The translations under genes and the position numbers were made by a program. The notes below the pieces were generated by a model. The model was given only the letters and a program-made list of their open reading frames with translations. It was not told the DNA's origin and ran no database searches. From the human T2T-CHM13v2.0 reference genome, Homo sapiens, in assembly GCF_009914755.1 (NCBI RefSeq), contig NC_060926.1: a DNA stretch of 64,000 nt, one strand, 5' to 3'. Below, one piece after another: positions 52,540-64,000 of the stretch (positions are counted from its first letter, which is position 1; the number at the start of each line of letters is the position of its first letter).

Positions 52540-53320
52540 ATTATATATAATATAATAATATTATTATAATATAATATATTATTATAATATTATATATAAT
52601 ATAATAATATATTATATCATATTATATATATAATATTCTATAATATATATAATATTCTATAATATATATAATATTCTATAATATATATAATATTCTATAA
52701 TATATATAATATTCTATAATATATATTATATTCTATAATATATATTATATTCTATAATATATATAATATTCTATAATATATATATTATGTTCTATAATAT
52801 ACATAATATTCTATAATATACATAATATTCTATAATATATATTATATTCTATTATATATAATATTCTATAATATATATAATATTCTATAATATATATTAT
52901 ATTCTATAATATATATAATATTCTATAATATATATTATATATTATATATTATATATATTTATAATATATTATATATTTATAATATAATATAATTATATAT
53001 AACATAATATATTATATATATTATATAATATTATATATTTATTATAAATATTTTATATATTATGTTATATATAATTATATTATATTATAAATATATATAT
53101 AAATATATATATAAACAAATATATATATAATATATATATTTATAATATAATATATAACATAATATATATTATAGAACATAATATATATATTATAGAACAT
53201 AATATATATATTATAGAACATAATATATATATTATAGAATATAATATATAATAGAATATATATTATAATATAAAATAGAATATAATATATATTATAATAT
53301 ATTAGATATTATATTATATT
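52540..53320. repeat. AT-rich minisatellite (~19-bp unit AATATTCTATAATATATAT) with inverted-orientation units at the right end
   Basis: TTCTATAA units at ~52635-52930; TTATAGAA units at ~53168-53282. Confidence 0.93.
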
Positions 53321-53737
53321 AAAACAGATATGTTGGATTAATGAAAAAATTGAACAGAAAAATGTAAAAACAAAAGAAGATAAGTCAAATATTTTGTGAG
53401 AGTTCTTGGATGAAAAGTAGAAATTTAAAAAGTAAAGTTGTAAAAGATAGCAATGTCCAGTAAATGCATGCACATAAACATGAAATAACTTAAATGTCAT
53501 TATGCTAATTTTACTTGCATAAACTTTCAGGACATGAATACAGATAAGGACATAATTACAGTAGTTAGAATGATTAAAAAATAGTGTGCCCCATATTATG
53601 AATTTCACACACAGTTTGATTACTGGGAGACATTTAGAGCAGCAGACTAAATGTATAGGTGCTATACTGTAAATTGTAAGTTGGATGGGAGGGCACCAAC
53701 TTTGGTATTGGCTATAGCACTTCAATTAAAGAAAAGT

Positions 53738-54033
53738 GGCTGGACCTGGTGGCTCATGCCTATAATCCCAGCACTTTGGGAGGCTGAGGTTGAAGGATTG
53801 CTTGAGCCCAGCAATTCAAGACCACCTTAGGCAACAAAGTGAGACCCTGTCTACCGAAAATTCAAAAAATTAGCCAGACATAGTGGCACATGTCTGTGGT
53901 CCCAGCTAAATGGGAGGCTGCCTTGAGAGGATTACTTGAGACCAGAAGGTCAAGGCTGAAATTAGCTGTGATCATGCTACTGCACTATAGCCTGGGTGAC
54001 AGACTGAGATCCTATTATAAATAAATAAAAAAT
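53738..54033 (+). mobile_element. AluJ
   Basis: ggattgcttgagccc and gtcaaggctg diagnostics; TSD TAAAGAAAAGTG at 53727-53738 and 54033-54044. Confidence 0.9.
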
Positions 54034-54395
54034 AAAGAAAAGTGTCATTTACATATGTTTATGTTTTTTTAAATCCTGTTTGAGGTATTTTCTTATCACT
54101 GTACAAAGACACTAAACATATGCATTCTATAATAGGGTAATCAAGTAAAAAGAGAAATTTATTTTTTCATAGTATTTTTGTTAAAATTCATTGAAGGATA
54201 TCTTACAGAAAATGTGACATTCTTACATTCCGATTATCAGGGCACAATTTGATAAAATTTTATCAAGTGAACAATAATCTGGTAATCAGAATGCAGATTA
54301 AGAAAGAAAACACTAAAACCTCATAACCCTACCTTCCCTGCACTATTTACTCTAAACTCCATTCCATCCATTAAAGATAATGATGACTGAATTTT

Positions 54396-55034
54396 TTTTT
54401 CTATTCTTCTGACTCTAGTTTCTGAGATTTTTTTTTTATTATACTTTAAGTGTTAGGGTACATGTGCACAATGTGCAGGTTTGTTACATATGTATACATG
54501 TACCATGCTGGCGTGCTGCACCCATTAACTCATCAGTTAGCATTAGGTATATCTCCTAATGCTATCCCTCCCCCCTCCCCCAACCCCACAACGGTCCCCA
54601 GAGTGTGATGTTCCCCTTCCTGTGTCCATGTGTTCTCATTGTTCAGTTCCCACCTATGAGTGAGAATATGCGGTGTTTGGTTTTTTGTTCTTGTGATAGT
54701 TCACTGAGAATGATGATTTCCAATTTCATCCATGTCCCTACAAAGGACACAAACTCATCATTTTTTATGGCTGCATAGTATTCCATGGTGTCTATGTGCC
54801 AAATTTTCTTAATCCAGTCCATCATTGTTGGACATTTGGGTTGGTTCCAAGTCTTTGCTATTGTGAATAGTGCCGCAATAAACATACATGTGCATGTGTC
54901 TTTATAGCAGCATGATTTATAATCCTTTGGGTATATACCCAGTAATGTGATGGCTGGGTCAAATGGTATTTCTAGTTCTAGATCCTTGAGGAGTCGCCAC
55001 ACTGACTTCCACAATGGTTGAACTAGTTTACAGG
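54396..55034 (-). mobile_element. 5'-truncated L1PA (~600 bp) with a 27-nt 3' transduction
   Basis: ORF 54643..55014 is the ORF2 C-terminus; two poly(T) tracts; 15-bp TSD TGATGACTGAATTTT at 54381-54395 and 55035-55049. Confidence 0.92.
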
Positions 55035-55079
55035 TGATGACTGAATTTTAACATAGACTCACTTTGCCTGGTTGTACAT

Positions 55080-55083
<4 letters not shown>

Positions 55084-55121
<38 letters not shown>
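55084..55121. repeat. (GT)n microsatellite
   Basis: About 19 GT units. Confidence 0.95.
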
Positions 55122-55123
<2 letters not shown>

Positions 55124-55144
55124 CTCTTATTTTTATATACTATG

Positions 55145-55435
<291 letters not shown>

Positions 55436-56149
55436 ATTTTGACATAATTTTAAACTTAGAAAGAAGTTGCAAGAATAGTAGAAGAAAGTCCTATATACCC
55501 TTTTATCCAGATTTTTTTTCTAAATTACATTTGAATATATTGGTAGTGTGCTCTCTCTCTCTCTTCTTTCTATACTATTTGCAAATTGGAGCCATCTTAT
55601 TATTTTAATCCTAAGTACTTCATTGTATATGTCCTAAAAACCAGAACATTCTCTTAGGTAATCACATTTTATTATATAATTCCTACATAGTTTAAAAAAT
55701 CAGGAAAATTTAGACTATATTTTAGTGTTTTTTAAAAATATACACTAAGTATGAATTATTTCTTAATGGGTTAAACATAGACTTAGAACTAAAAAACTCT
55801 AACTAGGGCCACTCTTTCTTTATAGAAGTTATTGACATTTTCTCAAGGAGAACAGATGAAATCCTAGGGGGCATGCCTTGCAAATTCATCATTTAATATG
55901 AGAACTGCTACTGGAAGAGCAACAGCTATTTGGCCCTATATTTCAGTGAGGCCCTAAATGGCAACAATTTTAGAATTAATGGCAAATGTAGTCCCTGATT
56001 CTTTTTGTTTGTTTTTGTTAATAGACTCACTTCAGCGTCCATCAAATATTCCATTAAAGGTCGTCTTCTTGGTTTCTTGATGTCGTTGCTGTTGGTAATA
56101 TTTCTTAATATATTAAGATGGAACAACTTACCATTCCATTTTGAGTCAT

Positions 56150-56640
56150 ATTTTAATTCATTAAGCTAAAATGTTTGAGTAAATGTAGGGCCTAGCGTAG
56201 TATTTTGCACAGAATACTTTAAGAAATACAGATGTTTAAAAAGCAATCTTGCTCTTAAGGACCTTCAATGCTAATAGAAAGACCACTCCTATAAGAAGAA
56301 TATGTGATGTAATGCCAAGTGCACTAAGGATTTTGATGAGGGAAAAATTATTTCTCCTTGGGTTTATCAGAGAAGATCTTGAAAGAGCCGGCATCTGAGA
56401 TGTGCTGTGAAGTTATGTAGGTTTCTACAGGTGATGATAGAAAAAGAGTGTATTGAAATGGGTATGTGTGTGATGCCACAAAGAAATTTTAGTAGAATTT
56501 AAGGTACTGAATAGTTTGATGAGAAGGTGGTTTAGCATGAGCAAGAAAAATGAAATATTACCGGAACAATTTTGAAAGGCTATAAATTACTGGCTAAAGA
56601 GTTGGATATTTCTCAGAAAATGTAGGGAACCGTGAACATT
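56150..56640 (-). mobile_element. L2 fragment
   Basis: ttcattaagctaaaatgtttgagtaaatgtagggcctagc...cttgctcttaaggaccttcaatgcta. Confidence 0.5.
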
Positions 56641-57315
56641 ATTTTATTTTTTGAACAGGTGATGCATTTACATGATACAGAATTGGAAAATTCCACATTC
56701 TATCCTTTTCTGTTGTCTGCCCGGTTCTTGCCTCTTAACAACAGCTTCTTGGTGTCTCAAGTATTTTATGTATATATAAGAAATAACAAAATACATTATT
56801 GATTTCCTTTATTTGGACAGCATAACACGTATCCTTTTGGCACATTGCTTTACTCGTTAGCAATATATCTTGAAAAACTTTCCACGTTAATACATATAGA
56901 AAATTTTCAGTATTTTTACTGTTGCAGAACATCAAAGGGATGTGTCATGATTAAGTCATACTATATTAAAAACTTTGTTGTTTTCAGAATATTGTTCTTA
57001 TATATTTTTCTGCAATGAATATAGTCATATATGTCGTTTTATATGTAAGTAGTTATTTAGGATAATCTGCCTAGAGTATAATTGATTGGACATGCACACA
57101 TGCATTTTTTATTTGATAAATATGTACTAATTTATACTCCAATCATGCGGATGCATGAATGGTAGTACCTACTTCTCTATATGTTTGCTGAAGTTTGTGT
57201 TATTAAATATGCTATTCTAATAGGTGAAAGAATATTGATAGAGTTTTATTTGTAGTTTTATTATGGTTGAACTTGAATATACTTTTATATACTTTAAAGT
57301 CATTTGCATTTACTT

Positions 57316-57665
<350 letters not shown>

Positions 57666-59759
57666 TGCATTTACTTTCTGTCAATTGTTTATATACTTGC
57701 CTATATTTCTTTTGAGTTTGAGTCTTTTGCTGATAAATCTCTAGAAACACTTCATATAGTAAAGAAATTATACTATATGAAGAGTAAATATTATTCTTTG
57801 ATTACTTGTAGTTTTAATTTGTTTACAATATTTCACTTGATCTTAGCCAAAAGACTGAGAAGTGAATGTTTACAATATTTTTTCATGAAGTTATTGTTAC
57901 TGTATTCACATATACCCATTTTTTAATCTTTTAGCTTCTAGACTTTTAGTTATAATTACTTATACCTTAACCACTTAAAGGTTATAAAGGAAATGTCCTA
58001 TGTTTACTTCTAGAGCCTTTGTGGTTTTATTTTCTACATTTAATGCTTTAATCTCTTTGAAAATAATCTTACACACAGTAGGGGATATGAATCTACCCAT
58101 GTTATTTTTCCACAAAGTGGTAAGTCATATTTCTTTACTGATTTGAGCATTAGTATATACTTTTTGGGATATTCTGTTCTTTTTTATTCACCAATCTAGA
58201 CTCTATTAAAATTCTCCTCACAGTCCTGCTTTAAAAAAAAACTTATTTTTTCTTTTATGCTGTCCTCTATCAGTCACATTTATTTACATCTTTGGCCCTT
58301 CTTTTACTACAGCTTATACCCTGCAAATAAAGCCCACCTAAACAATGAAGAGATTGTATAGTATATATTAAGAAGTAGATAGGTAGAAAAGTTTTCAGCT
58401 CTGCTTGATTTATGGTTCAGAGATCTCAGCAAGGAAGCACATTCTTTCTGCCTCTCCACCCTGCAGTTCACCTATTAGCTTAATCCTACTTCTGCTTCCC
58501 CTTGTAGTATGCAATGGCTGGTAAGAGCAATGAGCAGTACAGGATTTCTCATTCAAATCCAGTGAATACAAGGGAAAGAGTTTTCCCCTTTTATGAATAG
58601 AAGTCTTTCCTTCTTTATATTATAATAGAAACTATTTGCACTGTCTGCTTATTCCCAGATAACAATTTACAAACACAGGTATTGATTGATGTATGTCTGA
58701 TTTTTTGAAACAACCAGGAGCAATGGGAAAATAATTACCCACATTGTCTAAGAGTAACTGAGGCCCAACTCTGGAACTGGGGAGTTCTGTTTATTTTATT
58801 CTGATATCCCTTCTATGGATAAAGCTGGTCTTTCCCTAAACACAGGGACTATTTACAAATAGAATGGATATCTGAATAAAATATGGATTCTGTTAAAAAA
58901 AAAAGAAAGATAAGGAAAATGTAAGAGGGTTAGGCAGCCAACTGTGTCCACTAGAAATTGTTTCCTTGAGAATTCCATCAGGGGCATTCTCTGCATTCTC
59001 TACTTTATATTTGTGGTTAATCCACTATTCTGTCTCTCAAAGAATGTATCTATGTGTGAACTGGTTTTGTTACTCTAATTTCTGTGTGTCCAGAATAGCA
59101 GCTAATTACTTGGTAACTTTCTCTAACCTAAGATTTTGAATAGCTGATAAGACATATTTCTTTTAATTGTGGAAATGAGAAGCTAATGACTTGATTATGA
59201 TGTAAAAGTGAGTTACTGTGTTCACCCACATTTTATGTTATAGTCTATATTATGACACATATATCTTAAGATTTATTTGCTCAATCCAAAGCTATGAATA
59301 AAACGGTAAATACTTTTACTACAGGAGAAATACTTAAAGTAATATATTTTTTTTGGACGAAAAGTTACTTCATTAGCTCCAAAGTGAATTTTATATTTTT
59401 AGTACACTTAAATTCAGGTTTGCATATAAATTGAGTCTGTGATATCACCTCAGAATTCACTAGGAGTAAGAGTTCTTCTTTAACACAGCCTTTGTGAAGC
59501 TTTGTCTCTTACTCTTCCTCATTACTTCCCACTTGTTCTTTTGAAGCTGCTCTATTCTACAGACTTTTGAGGCATTTAGGGGCTGAATGATTCAATTTAT
59601 TTGCTCTCGTGAGATAAAATTCCAGAGTTTTTTGAGTTTTCTTTTGTTTTTGGAAAACATAAATCATTCTTCATTGAGAAAGAAAAGGATGGGAAGCAGA
59701 TCTGCTATCTAGGCTCTTCCTTTATATAGAGGACAAGGAAATAAAAGTCATATCCCTGT

Positions 59760-60143
59760 TGTTATGAAATAAATCAAGTTCCCCTGTAACCTATATGTTG
59801 AGTCTCTAACCCACAAAGTGACTGCATTTGGAGATAAGGCCTTTAAAGAGGTAATTAAGGTTAATTAAGGTCATATGAATGGGACCCTAGTCCAATAGGA
59901 CTGGTGTCCTTTTAAGAAGAGGAAAAGACACCACTGAAGTGCTTGCATCAAGAAAAGGCAATGTGAGAACACAGTAAGGAGGCAGCCATGTGCAAGCAAA
60001 GGAGAGAGGCCGCAGGAGGAACCAAACCTGTTGACACCTTGATCTTAGACTTCTAGCCTCCAGAACTGTGAGAAAATAAATTCCCACTCTTAAGCCACCC
60101 GGTTGATGATACTTTGTTATAATAGCCCTAGCAGACTAATACA
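59760..60143 (+). mobile_element. MLT1A-like solo LTR
   Basis: tttggagataaggcctttaaagaggtaattaagg...ctagcctccagaactgtgagaaaataaa...cagactaataca. Confidence 0.85.
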
Positions 60144-61520
60144 TTTGTAAACATGCTAAAAGCAGACTTTTTAGCAAACAAGCTAGTTAAATTAGCTAGT
60201 GGGAGGGTTTTTATCTGCAGGGTGTTTTTAGCAGCATGTACTTGGTTGTTTAGCATCTCCTGTGTTAAAAAAAAAAAAAACAACAACAACCCTAGAATCT
60301 ATGGATATATAGGGCATCGCTTCCTGGAAAATATTATGCATCCTTTGTGCCTATTTGATTATAAAATGGAAGTGTTTATTACTGATACTTTTTATCTTTT
60401 GTGTAAGTAATGTGCCAGAACTTATTTATTGTAGTAGGAAGAGATCCAGTGAATACTCGACCTCTCACCTTAGTTCTCCCTGGGCCTCCAGACACTAGAC
60501 TTTTATATCCTAAAAATGATTAAACATTTCTACTTCATATGAGTCTAATTTGACTGTTGAATTCTTTGTACCATCTCACCGATGATAAAATTAGGAGTTA
60601 TATTGTGTAGAATATACAGATAGGTAGGTTATAATTTTGCTATGTTAAGTTTATATAGAGAAGAACAAATGCCACTGGTAACTGGTAATGAAGCATAGAA
60701 CAATGACTTTTCTACATATCTAATTCAATAAAAGAGTTTACATGTGGAAATTCAACAAAGTAACTATACTCTGGCAATGAACATCAACTTAACTGGTGGG
60801 AATATTTCCTGAGGTTGAAATACTTCAGTTTTATGGCATAATCTACCAAGGATGAGAGTAGTATAATCCACCAACTAAAATAAATTGTCTCCAGTTTTAT
60901 TAATCAAATGAATATTATGTTGGAAGTGAGCATTTAATATTTATATAGTTATATACTTCAAGAGCTTCTGATTATATACATCAGAAAAATAAATTTTTTG
61001 ATAATAAAATATATTCAAAGGAGCCTCCCAAACATCCCATAGTAACACAGCACATGATCTAACAACCCTAATAGTCACAACAGTCCACATAATGTCTCAT
61101 TGTATATGCTTCTGGTTTTAATTTGAAAACAGCCTGTACTTTCTTATCCTTAGTAGACAGTAAAGAATAGCTGTTCACCATTTCAAGCCTCTTTATTTGT
61201 TTGAAAAATGCATTTGGTGCCAGTGAGATTTACATAGATTTTTAGTAATAAAAAAGTAAAAGTTTTTTCCTTAATGGCACCAATCAACCTCAGTTACTGT
61301 AAACTACCTTATGAAATACTTTTATAAAGTATTAGTAGTACGTGCTTTTAAAAGTTATACTTATGCTGTTCAAAGAGATTTTGAAAATACCTTAATGAAA
61401 CACACAAAGTGATTACCTGTGTGTTAAAAGAACCATCCTAGATGGAAGAAACAATTTGATGTATGTGTTTGTTGTTAAGGATTTCTATCTTGCCCATATC
61501 TCTATCTTAACCACCCTAGC

Positions 61521-63934
61521 TGTATTGGTCTGTTTTCACGCTGCTGATAAAAATATACCCAAGACTAGGCAATTTACAAAGGAAACAGGTTTAATGGACT
61601 TACAGTTCCAGGTGGCTGGGGATGCCTCACAATTGTGTTGGAAGGTTAAAGGCAAATCTCACATGGCAGCAAATAAGAGAAGAGAGCTTGTTCAGGGAAA
61701 GTCCCCTTTATAAAACCATCAGGTCTCATGAGACTTATTCACTGTCACCAGAGCAGCATGGGAAAGACCTGCCCCCATGATTCAATTACCTCCCACTGGG
61801 TCCCTCAAACAACACATGGCAATTCAAGATGAGATTTGGGTGGGGACACAGCCAAACCTTATCATTTCACCCTGGCCCCTCCCACATCTTATGTCCACAC
61901 ACTTCAAAACCAATCACGCCTTTTAAACAGTCCCCCAAAGTGTTAACTCGTTTCAGCATTAACTCAAAAGTTCACAGTCCAGAGTTTTATCTGAGACAAG
62001 GCAAGTCCCTTCCACCTATGAGTCAGTAAAATAAGAAGAAAATTAGTTACTTCCTACATACAATGGGGGTACGGGCATTGGGTAAGTACAGCTGTTGCAA
62101 ATGAAAAAAAAAAATGGCTAAAACAAAGGCCCCATGAAAGTCTGAAATCCAGCAGGGCAGTCAAATATTAAAGGTCAAAAATGATCTCTTTTGACCCCAT
62201 GTCTCATATTTGGGTCACACTGATCCAAGAGGAGGTTCCCATGGTCTTGAGCAGCTCTGCACCTCTGTCTTTGTGGGACACAGCCTCCCTCCCAGCTGCT
62301 TTCATGGGCTGGCGTTGAGTGTCTGCAGCTTTTTCAGGTGCATGGTGCAAGCTGTCGGTACAGCTACCATTCTGGGGTCTGAAGGACGATGGCATTCTTT
62401 TCATATCTCCACCAGGCAGTGCCCCAGTGGGGACTCTGTGTGGGGGTGCCCACCCCACATTTCCATTTCACAATATCCTAGCAGGGGTTCTCCATGAGCA
62501 CCCTGCCCCTACAGCAAACTTCTGCCTGAACATCCAGGTGCTTCCATACGTTCTCTGAAATCTAGGCAGAGGTTGCCAAATCAATTCTTGACTTCTGTGT
62601 ACCCTCAGGCTCAACATGTAAAACCTGCCAAGGCTTGGGGCTAGCACCCTTGGAAGCCACGGCCTGAGCTGTACCTTGGCCCCTTTTAGTCATGGCTAGA
62701 GCAGCTGGGATGCAGGACACCAGGTCCCTAGACTGCATATAGCAGAGGGACCCTGAGCCTGCCTCATGAAACCATTTTTTCCTCTAAAACCTCCCAGCCT
62801 GTGAGGAGAAGGACTGCCACAAAGGTCTCTGACATGCCCTGCAGACATTTTCTCCATTGTCTTGGTGACTAACTTTCAGCTCCTTGCTACTTATGCAAAT
62901 TTCTGCAGCCAGCTTGAATTTCTCCTCAGAAAATGGGATTTTCTTTTTTATCACATTGTCAGGCTGCAAATTTTCTAGACTTTTATTATCTGTTTTCCTT
63001 TTAAAACTGAATGCCTTTAACACCACACAAATCACATCTTTTTTTTTTTTTTTTTTTGTAGTCTCTGTCACCCAGGTTGGAGTGCAGTGGGGTATGATCT
63101 CAGCTCACTGCAACCTCCCCCTCTTGGGTTCAAGCAATTCTCCTGTCTCGGCCTCCCAAGTAGCTGAGACTACAGGCGCACACTGCCATGTCCGGCTAAA
63201 AAGTCACCTCTTCAATGTTTTGCTGCTTAGACATTTCTTTTGCCAGATACCCTAAATCATCTCTCTCAAGTTCAAAGTTCCACAAATCTCTAGGGCAGGG
63301 GCAAAATGCCACAAGTCTCTTTGCTAAAACATATCAAGAGTCACCTTTGTTCCAGTTTCCAACAAGTTCCTCATGTCCATCTGAGACCACCTCAGACTGG
63401 ATTGCATTGTCCATATCACTATTAGCATTTTGGTCAAGCCATAGAACAAGTCTTTAGGGAGTTCCAAACTTTCCCACATTTTTCTGTTGTTTTTTGAGCC
63501 CTCCAGACTGTTCCAACCTCTGCCTGTTACCCAGTTCCAAAGTTGCTTCCACATTTTCAGTTATCTTTAGAGCAGAGTCCCACCCCACTCCTGGTACCAA
63601 TTTACTGTATTAGTCTGTTTTTACACTGCTGATAAAGACATACCCAAGACTGGGCAATTTACAAAAGAAAGAGGTTTAATGATCTTACAGTTCCATGTGG
63701 CTGGGGAGGCCTCACAATCATTGCAGAAAGTGAGAGGCATGTCTCACATGGCAGCAGACAAGAGAAGAGAGCTTGTGCAGGGAAACTTCCCTTTATAAAA
63801 TCATCAGATCACATGAAACTTACTATCATGAGAACAGCATGGGAAAGACCTGTTCCCATGATTCAACTACCTCCCACCAGGTCCCTCTGACAACACATGG
63901 GAATTCACGGTGAGATTTGGGTGGGGATACATCA
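61521..63934 (-). mobile_element. Complete THE1 (THE1B-like MaLR) element: LTR 61521-61864, internal 61865-63605, LTR 63606-63934
   Basis: Two similar direct LTRs (tgtatt(g/a)gtctgttt...gagatttgggtgggga..atca) around THE1-int; flanks CTAGC and CTAGA form a 5-bp TSD with one mismatch. Confidence 0.9.
63039..63200 (-). mobile_element. 5'-truncated Alu (right arm only) inserted in THE1-int
   Basis: T-tail plus gtctctgtcacccagg...cggctaa; imperfect TSD aaatcacatctt and aagtcacctctt. Confidence 0.85.
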
Positions 63935-64000
63935 CTAGATAACAGCAAAGCTGTACAATTCTTAAACATTGTCATGGAAAAGTAATTCCACAACTCTACT

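Overview
This is primate, almost certainly human, genomic DNA. The GC-rich first ~5 kb holds the last five exons of an unprocessed aquaglyceroporin AQP7 paralog on the + strand (AQP7P-type segmental-duplication copy). The spliced frame is open for 294 codons to the normal stop and AATAAA, but it carries many radical substitutions and a GC instead of GT splice donor. From ~6 kb onward the window is AT-rich and shows no recognisable genes. It is dominated by transposable elements: a near-full-length L1PA, a 5'-inverted L1 with a nested L1, a truncated L1 with a short 3' transduction, old L1M/L2/MIR fragments, Alus, LTR12 and LTR26-like solo LTRs, MLT1/MST LTRs, a complete two-LTR THE1 element and a Tigger1 fragment. 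Microsatellites, an AT-rich inverted minisatellite and several local templated duplications are also present. I found no evidence for a novel multi-gene system. The noteworthy signals are mutational and structural, plus the coding status of the AQP7 paralog. Repeat subfamily names and AQP7 residue comparisons come from my memory of consensus and reference sequences and need RepeatMasker/BLAST confirmation.
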